Virus record (IMG/VR): IMGVR_UViG_3300032092_000043
Span: 1 to 53,844 of that record
Length of the DNA stretch: 53,844 bases
Source: a virus
Taxonomy: Duplodnaviria > Caudoviricetes
Strand: one strand, 5' to 3'
Shown: positions 1 through 8,446 of the stretch, piece by piece
Position numbering within the stretch: position 1 is the stretch's first letter
Layout of the letters: each line of letters opens with the position of its first letter
Made by a program: the position numbers and the translations under genes
Notes under the pieces: generated by a model
The model's input: only the letters and a program-made list of their open reading frames with translations
Database searches by the model: none
Told to the model about the DNA's origin: nothing

Positions 1-127
1 GATCTTCGGATTATCGGTCTTTCTAACGGCGTTGATAACGCTTGGGGCGATGCTTTCACAGTAGTGCAAGTACAAGTCTCTCGCAGTCAATTCGTTGCAA
101 CCATTAACGCCATCTAAGGAGTCCAAT
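1..127. repeat. Terminal direct repeat, copy 1 (circular assembly overlap)
   Basis: Bases 1-127 are identical to 53718-53844; the ORF 53262-53834 ends within the repeat and leads into the capsid gene. Confidence 0.97.
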
Positions 128-128
128 C

Positions 129-1043
129 ATGGCAGCACCAATGCGCAGTACGGACTTTAGAAGCATCGTTGAACCAATAATGAACGAATGCTTCGATGGA
201 GTCTATGATCAACGTACCGACGAATGGTCACGGGTTTTCCGTGAGCAGGACGGTATTCCCCGCAACTACCACGAAGAACCAGTCCTTTATGGATTTGGAG
301 CCGCACCTCAACTGCCTGACGGAACTCCTGTTTCGTATCAGCAGGGTGGTGTTCTCTTCTTGCAACGCTATGTCTATAACGTGTTTGGCTTGGCCTTCGC
401 GTTGACCAAAGTGTTGGTTGAAGACGGCGACCACATCCGCATCGGTCAGGTCTACGCTCGCCACTTGGCTCAGTCTCTCATCGAGACAAAAGAGACCTTG
501 TGCGCAAACGTCTTGAATCGCGCCTTCAACAGCGCGTTTCCCGGCGGCGACGGCGTATCCCTGATCAACACGGCTCACCCCATCGTAAACGGTACTTTCA
601 GCAACCAGTTGACCACTGCGGCCAACCTGTCCCAGACTTCTCTGGAGCAGATGCTGATTCAAATCCGTCAAGCTGTGGACAACAACGGCAAGAAGATCCG
701 CCTTGTGCCCCGCCAATTGGTGGTGGCCCCCGGCAACGTCTTCCAAGCCGAAGTTCTGCTCAAGAGCGTCCTGCGCTCTGGTACAGCAAACAACGACCTG
801 AACCCTGTCAAGTCTATCGGCTTGCTGGACGAAGGCGCTGCTGTTATCAGCCGCTTGACCAGCCCAACGGCGTTCTTTGTTCAGACCGACGCCCCAGAAG
901 GCATGAAGCTCATGATGCGTCGCAAGCTCGAGAAAACCATGGAAGGTGATTTCGAGACTGACTCTATGCGCTACAAGGCCACCGAGCGTTACATCCCCGG
1001 GTTCACCGACCCGCGTGCAATGTACGGCACACCCGGCATGTAA
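129..1043 (+). CDS. Major capsid protein (HK97 fold, Mu gpT-like)
   Basis: 304 aa, AAGGAG RBS, follows scaffold/cement genes, followed by strong terminator; motifs GGDGVSL..TAHP and MEGDFETDSMRYKATERY typical of this MCP family. Confidence 0.88.
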   Translation: MAAPMRSTDFRSIVEPIMNECFDGVYDQRTDEWSRVFREQDGIPRNYHEEPVLYGFGAAPQLPDGTPVSYQQGGVLFLQRYVYNVFGLAFALTKVLVEDGDHIRIGQVYARHLAQSLIETKETLCANVLNRAFNSAFPGGDGVSLINTAHPIVNGTFSNQLTTAANLSQTSLEQMLIQIRQAVDNNGKKIRLVPRQLVVAPGNVFQAEVLLKSVLRSGTANNDLNPVKSIGLLDEGAAVISRLTSPTAFFVQTDAPEGMKLMMRRKLEKTMEGDFETDSMRYKATERYIPGFTDPRAMYGTPGM

Positions 1044-1051
1044 AGCCAAGT

Positions 1052-1083
1052 GGGGCGGGAGTAAAAAACCCGCCCCTTTTTTT
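1052..1083 (+). terminator. Rho-independent terminator after MCP
   Basis: GGGGCGGG-loop-CCCGCCCC followed by T7. Confidence 0.9.
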
Positions 1084-1115
1084 AATGTTTGGTCAAACTT
1101 TTCAAGGAGCAGACC

Positions 1116-2093
1116 ATGCCTCAATTTTCAGATGATCTCTTTCTGGGTTCCGCCCTTACCGTTCAAGGTATGGACGCCTACCCTGCTGTTTCAACTTTTA
1201 CTGGCTCAATTGCTACCACCACACTGACAGTCACCGCGATGCTTTCAGGTGACCCAATTTTTGTTGGTATGTTTATTGACAGCTCAACGTCTCTTACCAA
1301 TGGAACTTTTATTTCCGCTTTTGGTACAGGCACAGGTGGTGTAGGAACTTACACAGTAAACAACTCACAAACTGTAGCAAGCGCAACCATCATTGGTTCG
1401 GGTAATGCTTTGTTGTCAAACCCATCCCCAATGAGCGTAGGTGTTGGCCCTCTGGGTCGCATTTATGTTTGGGACGCTGTGCCGCAAGCCAAGCTGACGA
1501 ACAACATTGTTGCCGCTGTTATCACAACTGCCACCACGCTCACGCTGGCCGCAGGTGCTGGTGTTACATCCGCCACAATTCAAGGCGGCGCAACAGGCTT
1601 GCAACTTGACTGCCCTCGTGCGGTTTCTACAACCACAGGTGCTGGTACTCCGACTTCTGTCAACATTACTGTTTCTGGCTACGACTACTACGGTCAAGCC
1701 ATGAGCGAAGTAATTGCAACAGGAACAGTGGCATCAACAACTGTCAGCGGTAAAAAAGCCTTCTACCAAATTGCCAGCGTTGTCTCTTCTGGCGCAAGTG
1801 TGGTGACTGTTGCGGTGGGTACGACCGACATCTTGGGTGCGCCATTGCGCATCACTGATGCTGGGTACGTTACTCGCGCAGGCTGGAACAACACCTTAGC
1901 CGAAGATGCGGGCACTTTTGTTGCCGCTGCTACGCTGACGGCTACCACCACAACTGGCGATGTAAGGGGTACTTATCTGCCCTCATCGGCGGCGGATGGT
2001 ATCAAACGTCTCGTGATGGGAATCGCCCTGCCAGCAATTGCGGTAGGCCCAAATGCAACCCGTGTTGGCGCTCTCGGCGTCACACAAGCATAA
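1116..2093 (+). CDS. Virion structural/decoration protein (T/A/G-rich, beta-rich)
   Basis: AAGGAG RBS before ATG 1116; position right after MCP; composition. Confidence 0.6.
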   Translation: MPQFSDDLFLGSALTVQGMDAYPAVSTFTGSIATTTLTVTAMLSGDPIFVGMFIDSSTSLTNGTFISAFGTGTGGVGTYTVNNSQTVASATIIGSGNALLSNPSPMSVGVGPLGRIYVWDAVPQAKLTNNIVAAVITTATTLTLAAGAGVTSATIQGGATGLQLDCPRAVSTTTGAGTPTSVNITVSGYDYYGQAMSEVIATGTVASTTVSGKKAFYQIASVVSSGASVVTVAVGTTDILGAPLRITDAGYVTRAGWNNTLAEDAGTFVAAATLTATTTTGDVRGTYLPSSAADGIKRLVMGIALPAIAVGPNATRVGALGVTQA

Positions 2094-2103
2094 GGAGAAC
2101 GAC

Positions 2104-3417
2104 ATGGGTCAATTTAAACCAATGGTCAAAATGGAGACCACTGAGCCTTCAGTTGAACTGAAGCTCAAAAAAGGCGGCAAAGTGGCCAAAATGGTCAAAA
2201 AGGCTGACGGTGGCATGATGGGTTCGCCCATGAGCGCTGCTGGCGCTATGCCCCCTGCAATGCCTGCCCGTGGCGGCATGCCAATGGCTGGCTCACCAAT
2301 GAAGCCTTCGCTGGCCATGCGTCGTCGCGCCATGAAGGGCATGCCCGCTGGTGCTGGCCCTGCTGGTCCAATTGGCGGTGCAGCTTCAATGCAGACCTCA
2401 ATGCCTATGGCCCCTCCCACCATGAAAAAAGGCGGCAAGGCCGACATGGGCCAAGACAAGGCCATGATCAAAAAGGCCTTCAAGCAGCACGATATGCAAG
2501 AGCACAAGGGCGGCAAAGGCACTTCGCTCAAGCTCAAGCACGGTGGCAAGATGGCCGCTGGCGGTGGGATGCACATGATGCCTGACGGCAAAATGATGAA
2601 GAACTCTGCCATGAAGAGCGGCGGCAAGATGACCAAGGGCGGCATGGCTTGCGCAACTGGCGGCGTAGTCAACGGCCAAGGCGGCTTTGCTACTGGCGGT
2701 GTCGTTAAGGGCCAAGGCGGCTACGCCACTGGTGGCGTTACCAAGTCAAACGGTGGCGGCTACAAAGAAGGCGGCATGACCATGGTCGAAAAGGGCGGGA
2801 AGATGGTTCCTGACTTTGCGGCTGATGGCAAGGGCAAAATGAAAAAAGGCGGCAAGATCAAAGGCATGATGGGCGGCGGAATGATGGACGAAGGCATGAT
2901 GGGTGACGCCATGTACAAAAAAGGCGGTTCCACAAAAAAAGCCTACGCGGCGGGCGGGACTGTTAATTCAGGCCGTCCCGTCGCGATGCCCCAAGGCGCT
3001 AAAAAGCCATCACAGCCCGTAAGAACCAACCTTGTTGTTGGCACTTTCAAAAAGGGTGGCAAGGTCACCCCTGCTGAAGGTAATTTGATGAAGGCATTTG
3101 GGTCTGAGAACAAGACTGCTATGAAGCAGGCAAAGGCTCAATCCAACGATGTCTACAGCAAGTACCAGAAGATGAAAGATGGTGGTTCTCCAACTCCAGA
3201 TGAGCGTTTCTTTGACAAAAACAAAGAAGACCCAAAATCTGCAAGCGACAAAGCAAGTCGTGAGTTGGAAGATGCGATGAACCCCTTGAGTATGGTGAAG
3301 GAACTGGCTGGAAAGGCCAAGAAATACTTCATGCCCAAGGCTGACAGTGTGACCAAGACTAAGGAGTCTGTAACGGTTACACCAGCGGGTAAAAAGCGCG
3401 GCGGAATGGCTTGTTAA
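2104..3417 (+). CDS. Low-complexity K/M/G-rich protein with many xxKGG/xAxGG repeats; probable capsid-internal protein
   Basis: AAGGAG RBS before ATG 2104; repeated MKKGG, YATGG, FATGG, YKEGG; ends KRGGMAC. Confidence 0.75.
   Translation: MGQFKPMVKMETTEPSVELKLKKGGKVAKMVKKADGGMMGSPMSAAGAMPPAMPARGGMPMAGSPMKPSLAMRRRAMKGMPAGAGPAGPIGGAASMQTSMPMAPPTMKKGGKADMGQDKAMIKKAFKQHDMQEHKGGKGTSLKLKHGGKMAAGGGMHMMPDGKMMKNSAMKSGGKMTKGGMACATGGVVNGQGGFATGGVVKGQGGYATGGVTKSNGGGYKEGGMTMVEKGGKMVPDFAADGKGKMKKGGKIKGMMGGGMMDEGMMGDAMYKKGGSTKKAYAAGGTVNSGRPVAMPQGAKKPSQPVRTNLVVGTFKKGGKVTPAEGNLMKAFGSENKTAMKQAKAQSNDVYSKYQKMKDGGSPTPDERFFDKNKEDPKSASDKASRELEDAMNPLSMVKELAGKAKKYFMPKADSVTKTKESVTVTPAGKKRGGMAC
2921..2985 (+). other. 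Putative programmed -1 ribosomal frameshift signal
   Basis: In-frame A_AAA_AAA (2934-2940), 5-nt spacer, GC-rich stem 2946-2957/2973-2985; -1 frame reads SLRGGRDC-TAA. Confidence 0.7.
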
Positions 3418-3422
3418 AAACG

Positions 3423-3448
3423 AGTGGGGGCTTCGGCCCCTGCTTTTT
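3423..3448 (+). terminator. Rho-independent terminator
   Basis: GGGGC-TTCG-GCCCC hairpin with T-tract. Confidence 0.88.
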
Positions 3449-3462
3449 ATTAAGGGAACAAA

Positions 3463-3873
3463 ATGGCTAACACAGTAGCAACGCAAACTATCTTTGATGG
3501 GGAGCGCACAGCAATTCAAAAATTTGATTTTTTGTGCGATGGCTCTGGCAATGAATCTGCGGTATTAAAAGTAGATGTGTCTACTCTTTCGTCAAGCAAT
3601 TCTGGCAAGGCGTGTGATGGCGTCACAATTCTAAAAATTTACGCATCAACGCATGGTTTGCAAGTAGAAATTTTGTGGGATGCAACAACTGATTTATTTT
3701 GTATTGGTGTTCCACAAAACACATTTTACAACATGGATTTTTCATTGTTTGGTGGACTTCCAAATAACGCGGGGGCTGGTAAAACTGGCGATATAAGATT
3801 TACAACAACGGACGCCGCCGCAGGAGATTTTTATTCAATCACACTTGACATGATTAAATCCTATGCCGACTAA
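3463..3873 (+). CDS. Hypothetical virion-associated protein
   Basis: 136 aa ORF with RBS in structural operon. Confidence 0.65.
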   Translation: MANTVATQTIFDGERTAIQKFDFLCDGSGNESAVLKVDVSTLSSSNSGKACDGVTILKIYASTHGLQVEILWDATTDLFCIGVPQNTFYNMDFSLFGGLPNNAGAGKTGDIRFTTTDAAAGDFYSITLDMIKSYAD

Positions 3874-4315
3874 ATCTTCTTCCCAGCATCGTTTAATGGC
3901 GGCAGTTGCGCATAACCCTGACTTTGCCAAAAAGACGGGCATACCTTCTAAGGTTGGCAAGGAATTTGTCAAGGAAGATGCAAAGATGGCGGGTGGTGGT
4001 TTGTATGCAAACATTGCCGCGAAGAAGCAACGTATAGCCTCTGGCTCTGGCGAGAAAATGCGTAGTGCTGGTAGCAAGGGCGCTCCCAAATCTAGCGATT
4101 TTGCCAATGCGGCTAAGACTGCCTCTTACAAAGAGGGCGGCAAGTCAACGGTCAACGCCGCAGGCAACTACACCAAGCCAGAGTTGCGCAAACGTATTTT
4201 CAATGATGTGAAGTCTGAGGCTACTGCTGGAACGGGTGCTGGACAGTGGTCAGCCCGCAAAGCACAGGTTGTGGCAAAGCGTTATAAAGACGCAGGTGGT
4301 GGTTATCGTGATTAA
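3863..4315 (+). CDS. Small basic protein with internal GG motifs
   Basis: K/R/A/G-rich; MAGGG and YKEGG separate short modules. Confidence 0.65.
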   Translation: MPTKSSSQHRLMAAVAHNPDFAKKTGIPSKVGKEFVKEDAKMAGGGLYANIAAKKQRIASGSGEKMRSAGSKGAPKSSDFANAAKTASYKEGGKSTVNAAGNYTKPELRKRIFNDVKSEATAGTGAGQWSARKAQVVAKRYKDAGGGYRD

Positions 4316-4547
4316 AAAGCCCCAGCAATCATTGAAGGCTTGGGGCGACCAAAAATGGAGAACGAAAAGTGGTAAAAAATCTTCTGAAACTGGTGAAAGA
4401 TATCTTCCAGAGTCTGCAATTAAGAGCCTTAGCCCTGCTGAGTATGCTGCGACGACCAAAGCAAAAAGAGCAGGCAAAGCCGCAGGAAAACAATTTGTAG
4501 CGCAACCCAAAAAGATTGCGCAAAAAACAGCTAAACACAGGTTTTAA
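4308..4547 (+). CDS. Small basic protein
   Basis: Likely GTG start at 4308 (MIKKPQQSLKAW...), overlapping the previous gene; highly basic. Confidence 0.6.
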   Translation: MIKKPQQSLKAWGDQKWRTKSGKKSSETGERYLPESAIKSLSPAEYAATTKAKRAGKAAGKQFVAQPKKIAQKTAKHRF

Positions 4548-4549
4548 TT

Positions 4550-4804
4550 ATGGCAAAAAAGACTCCCTCTCTTGCTATTGGTCGTGGTGAAAAGTTGCCT
4601 GCTTCTAAGGGGGCAGGGTTGACGGCTAAAGGTCGAGCCAAATATAACGCGGCAACAGGTAGCAATTTGAAAGCACCTCAGCCTCAAGGTGGCGCACGCA
4701 AGGATTCTTTTTGCGCTCGTATGAGCGGTGTGCCGGGGCCGATGAAAGACGAAAAAGGCAAGCCAACCCGTAAGGCGGCGGCGCTTGCGCGTTGGAAGTG
4801 CTGA
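4550..4804 (+). CDS. Small basic protein ending in WKC
   Basis: 84 aa; SFCARM...ARWKC pattern common in phage head-region genes. Confidence 0.65.
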   Translation: MAKKTPSLAIGRGEKLPASKGAGLTAKGRAKYNAATGSNLKAPQPQGGARKDSFCARMSGVPGPMKDEKGKPTRKAAALARWKC

Positions 4805-4805
4805 C

Positions 4806-5867
4806 ATGTCATATTCTGGTACTACAGGCACAACCGTTGTAACGGTCCAAACGCTGATTGATCACGGTGCTCGTCGCTGCGGTAAGTTGGCAGAAGAGCT
4901 GACCTCGGAGCAGGTCCTGAGTGCCCGCGAGTCGTTGTTTTTCCTCCTGTCCAACCTGATCAACATTGGCATTCAGTATTGGGCTATCAGCAAGAAGGTC
5001 TACGGCTTCACGGCAGACAAAGCAACGTACCTGCTGCCCCTTGGCGGCAACGACGTGCTCAATGCGTTGTACCGTTATATGAACCGCCCTGACGGCAGCT
5101 ACACATCATCCGCAGGCGGCACAGTGGCCAATCTGTACGATGGTGATGTAGACACGGTATGCACTCAAACCTCTGCAAATGGAAATTTTGCTATCAACTT
5201 TGGCCCGTCCAACCCCATTTTTATTGGCTCAATTGGGTTCCTGCCTGCCTCCAGCGGCACTAAATCATTCATCCTCGAATACTCGCTTGACAACGTGACT
5301 TGGGCAACCTTGGTTGATCTTGGGTCCATCGCCGTGGTCGATAACGAGTGGGTTTGGACCGACATTGCCAACGGCCAGACCGTGCCGTACTACCGCATCC
5401 GCGCCTATAGTGGGACCACCCTGAGCTTGCGAGAATTGTATTTTGGCAACAACAGCACAGAGATCACCATGTCGCGCCTAAACCGCGATGACTACACCAA
5501 CCTACCCAACAAGAACTTCACAGCCAATCAGCCGTTCCAGTTTTGGTTCAATCGCACGATTCCCCAGAGCGAGATCGTGCTTTGGCCAACGCCGCAAGAC
5601 GCCTTTTATCAAATGACCATTTGGTACTCACGCCAGATCATGGACGTGGGTGACCTGTATGGCGAGCTAGAGGTCCCTCAGCGCTGGTACGAGGCTGTGG
5701 TGATGATGTTGTCTCATAGGATGAGCCTTGAGCTGCCCGGGGTGGACGTTACGCGCACCCAGTACCTTGAAGGTCAAGCTGACAAATACCTTGCCATGGC
5801 CGAAGAGGAAGAGCGCGACAAGTCGCCCATCTACTTTGCTCCAAACATCTCCGTTTACACGAGGTGA
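4806..5867 (+). CDS. Head-tail connector/adaptor-like protein with inserted beta-sandwich
   Basis: Helical N- and C-terminal segments (ARESLFFLL, VPQRWYEAVV) flank an FILEYSLDNVTW...YYRIR module resembling F5/8-type domains. Confidence 0.55.
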   Translation: MSYSGTTGTTVVTVQTLIDHGARRCGKLAEELTSEQVLSARESLFFLLSNLINIGIQYWAISKKVYGFTADKATYLLPLGGNDVLNALYRYMNRPDGSYTSSAGGTVANLYDGDVDTVCTQTSANGNFAINFGPSNPIFIGSIGFLPASSGTKSFILEYSLDNVTWATLVDLGSIAVVDNEWVWTDIANGQTVPYYRIRAYSGTTLSLRELYFGNNSTEITMSRLNRDDYTNLPNKNFTANQPFQFWFNRTIPQSEIVLWPTPQDAFYQMTIWYSRQIMDVGDLYGELEVPQRWYEAVVMMLSHRMSLELPGVDVTRTQYLEGQADKYLAMAEEEERDKSPIYFAPNISVYTR

Positions 5868-5870
5868 TTG

Positions 5871-6233
5871 ATGGCCATTTTTCTGGACACCCTTGGATAC
5901 TCTGACATTGCAATTGCGATATGCGACCGCTGCAAGATGAAGCGCCCGCACGCCGTGATGCGCAATGATCCGAACTTCCCCGGTCTCCGCGTCTGCAACG
6001 AAGGCTGTGCAGATGAGCTTGACCCCTACCGTTTACCTGCTCGCAAAACCGAAAGGATAACGATTCGGTTTCCACGTCCTGACCTCCCCCTGAACGCAGG
6101 CGACAACTATTTGGTCAGTGGCGGCATCACTACCGTTGTACAAATTTCGACACAAGGCAACACCCAGACGCCAACCTCAAACGGAAACTTGGACACTATT
6201 GCCCCGAACCCACCAAACAACACGAGCACCTAA
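5871..6233 (+). CDS. Hypothetical protein with CxxC...CxxxC motif
   Basis: ICDRC and VCNEGC. Confidence 0.6.
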   Translation: MAIFLDTLGYSDIAIAICDRCKMKRPHAVMRNDPNFPGLRVCNEGCADELDPYRLPARKTERITIRFPRPDLPLNAGDNYLVSGGITTVVQISTQGNTQTPTSNGNLDTIAPNPPNNTST

Positions 6234-8437
6234 TGTCAGCACAAGTAACCATACTCCAACTGCCAGCCGCAGGTGCTATCACAGGCACTGAGGCGGTTCC
6301 TATTGTTCAAAATGGCGTCACGGTGCAGACGACCACGGCGGCGATCTCCGCATCTCCGTCGCAACCCTACACCTACCTGACCGTCACCCAAACACCTCAG
6401 TTAGCCAACAGCCGCTACGTTGGCGCGACCAACGGCTTGACGATCACTGACGGTGGTGCTCAGGGCGTGTTCAATATAACGACCACAGGCGCTCTTTTGT
6501 CGTTAGTGAACTCTGGTACTGGGTTTCAGGTAAAAACGTCTTCTACGGCCATTACAGGCCGCTCTATTGCCGTTTCTGGCGTTGGGTTGTCAATTTCCAA
6601 TGGAAGCGGCGTTTCTGGCGACCCTACAATCACTTTAGCTGGCCAAGTCCTGAATCTGGCTAACCTGAGCGCCAACGGCCTGATGGTGATCACCTCGGCT
6701 GGTGCGTTGTCGGCCACGTCAATCCTGAACGTGGTTGACCAGACCGCTGTGTTCAATGCGGACGGCACGACTGGCAACCCGACCATTGGTTTGGCGTCAA
6801 ACCCCATCATCCCCGGCACTGGGTCAATCTTTATCCCCGTGGGAACCACTGGTCAGAGGTCTTCTGGTGTAAACGGGCAGATTCGTTACAACAGCACCGA
6901 CGGAGCCTACGAGGGCTATTCTGCGGGCGCATGGCGTCAATTCTCGCTGTCTGGTGGCGTCACCTTGGTCAACACTGGAACGGGCCTCACAGGCGGTCCT
7001 ATTACGGGCGCGGGCACGATTTCCATTGACGTCACCGCCGTGACCGCTGGCTCTTATGGGTCTTCAACTCAGGTAGGAACTTTCACTGTCAACGCCCAAG
7101 GTCAACTGACTGCGGCTGCCAACGTGACAATCACCCCTGCCGCCATTGGCGCAGTGTCGTCTGTATCTGGAACCGCAAACGAAATAACCGCAACGGGAAC
7201 CACCACAGTCGTTATTTCGCTGCCTGCTGCTTTGACCTTTACTGGCAAGACGGTGACGGGTGGCACGTTCTTACTGCCAATCATTTCCTCGATATCAAAT
7301 AGCGGCACGATCACCATTCCGTCAGGAACCGACACGCTGGTTGCCCGCAACACTACCGACACGTTGACCAACAAGTCAATCAGTGGCACAGGCAACACGC
7401 TAACCAACATTGGCAATGCTTCGCTGACCAACAGCACGATCTCTGGCGTTTCGCTTGGGTCAAACCTGTTCAGCTTGACGATTGGTACTGGCCTTACTGG
7501 CACGAGCTACAACGGCTCTGCTGCGGTCACTGTGGCAATTGATTCAACCGTGGTGACCTTGACAGGCACGCAGACGCTGACAAACAAAACCATCAGCGGC
7601 GCAAGCAACACGCTTTCCAATATTGGTAACGCCTCGCTGACAAACAGCTCTGTGACCGTTGGAACGACTGCAATTTCGCTTGGCAGCAGCTCGCTGACGC
7701 TTGGTGGCCTGACTTCGGTTGCGGTCACTCAGGACCCAACGACGGCCCTTCAGCTTGCCACCAAGCAGTATGTGGACACCACCGTTGCGGTCGGTTTGAC
7801 TTTTCACCAGCCTGTGCAGGCGGCAACAACCACGACGCTTGCTACGACGACAGGTGGCACGGTCACTTACAACAACGGCACGGCTGGCGTCGGGGCAACC
7901 CTCACATTCTCCGTGGCGCTGACTGTCCTTGACGGTTACACGCTGGCCAACACAAACCGCGTTCTGATCAAGGACGAGGCCAACCAAGCTCACAACGGCG
8001 TCTATACATGGGCCACTGGTGGCACGGTATTGACCCGCGCAACGGATGCTGACACTTACGGCAGCGGAACCAACCAATTTAGCCAGAACGACTACTTCTT
8101 TGTCCAGAACGGAACTGTCAACAAAGGCACTTCTTATGTGGTGACAACTGCTGGAGTTATCACGTTTGGCACAACGGCAATCACGTTTGCTGAATTTAGC
8201 TCGTCTCAGGTTTACACAGGTACATCGCCAATCGTTATTACTGGCACGGTCATCTCTTTGACCACCGTTCCTGTTAACCTTGGTGGTACAAATCTGACTA
8301 GCTACACCATTGGCGATACGCTTTATGCAAGTGGCGCAACAACATTGTCTAAACTACCACTTGGTACGCAGGGTTTTGTGCTGACAGCGGGCGCAACTGG
8401 GCCTGTGTGGTCTGGCATCTCGGGCGGGACTTTCTAA
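6233..8437 (+). CDS. Tail fibre-like protein (proximal)
   Basis: T/G/S-rich; TLTNKTI and NIGNASLTNS repeats; ATKQYVD motif; ends GGTF. Confidence 0.75.
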   Translation: MSAQVTILQLPAAGAITGTEAVPIVQNGVTVQTTTAAISASPSQPYTYLTVTQTPQLANSRYVGATNGLTITDGGAQGVFNITTTGALLSLVNSGTGFQVKTSSTAITGRSIAVSGVGLSISNGSGVSGDPTITLAGQVLNLANLSANGLMVITSAGALSATSILNVVDQTAVFNADGTTGNPTIGLASNPIIPGTGSIFIPVGTTGQRSSGVNGQIRYNSTDGAYEGYSAGAWRQFSLSGGVTLVNTGTGLTGGPITGAGTISIDVTAVTAGSYGSSTQVGTFTVNAQGQLTAAANVTITPAAIGAVSSVSGTANEITATGTTTVVISLPAALTFTGKTVTGGTFLLPIISSISNSGTITIPSGTDTLVARNTTDTLTNKSISGTGNTLTNIGNASLTNSTISGVSLGSNLFSLTIGTGLTGTSYNGSAAVTVAIDSTVVTLTGTQTLTNKTISGASNTLSNIGNASLTNSSVTVGTTAISLGSSSLTLGGLTSVAVTQDPTTALQLATKQYVDTTVAVGLTFHQPVQAATTTTLATTTGGTVTYNNGTAGVGATLTFSVALTVLDGYTLANTNRVLIKDEANQAHNGVYTWATGGTVLTRATDADTYGSGTNQFSQNDYFFVQNGTVNKGTSYVVTTAGVITFGTTAITFAEFSSSQVYTGTSPIVITGTVISLTTVPVNLGGTNLTSYTIGDTLYASGATTLSKLPLGTQGFVLTAGATGPVWSGISGGTF

Positions 8438-8446
8438 GGAAAAATT

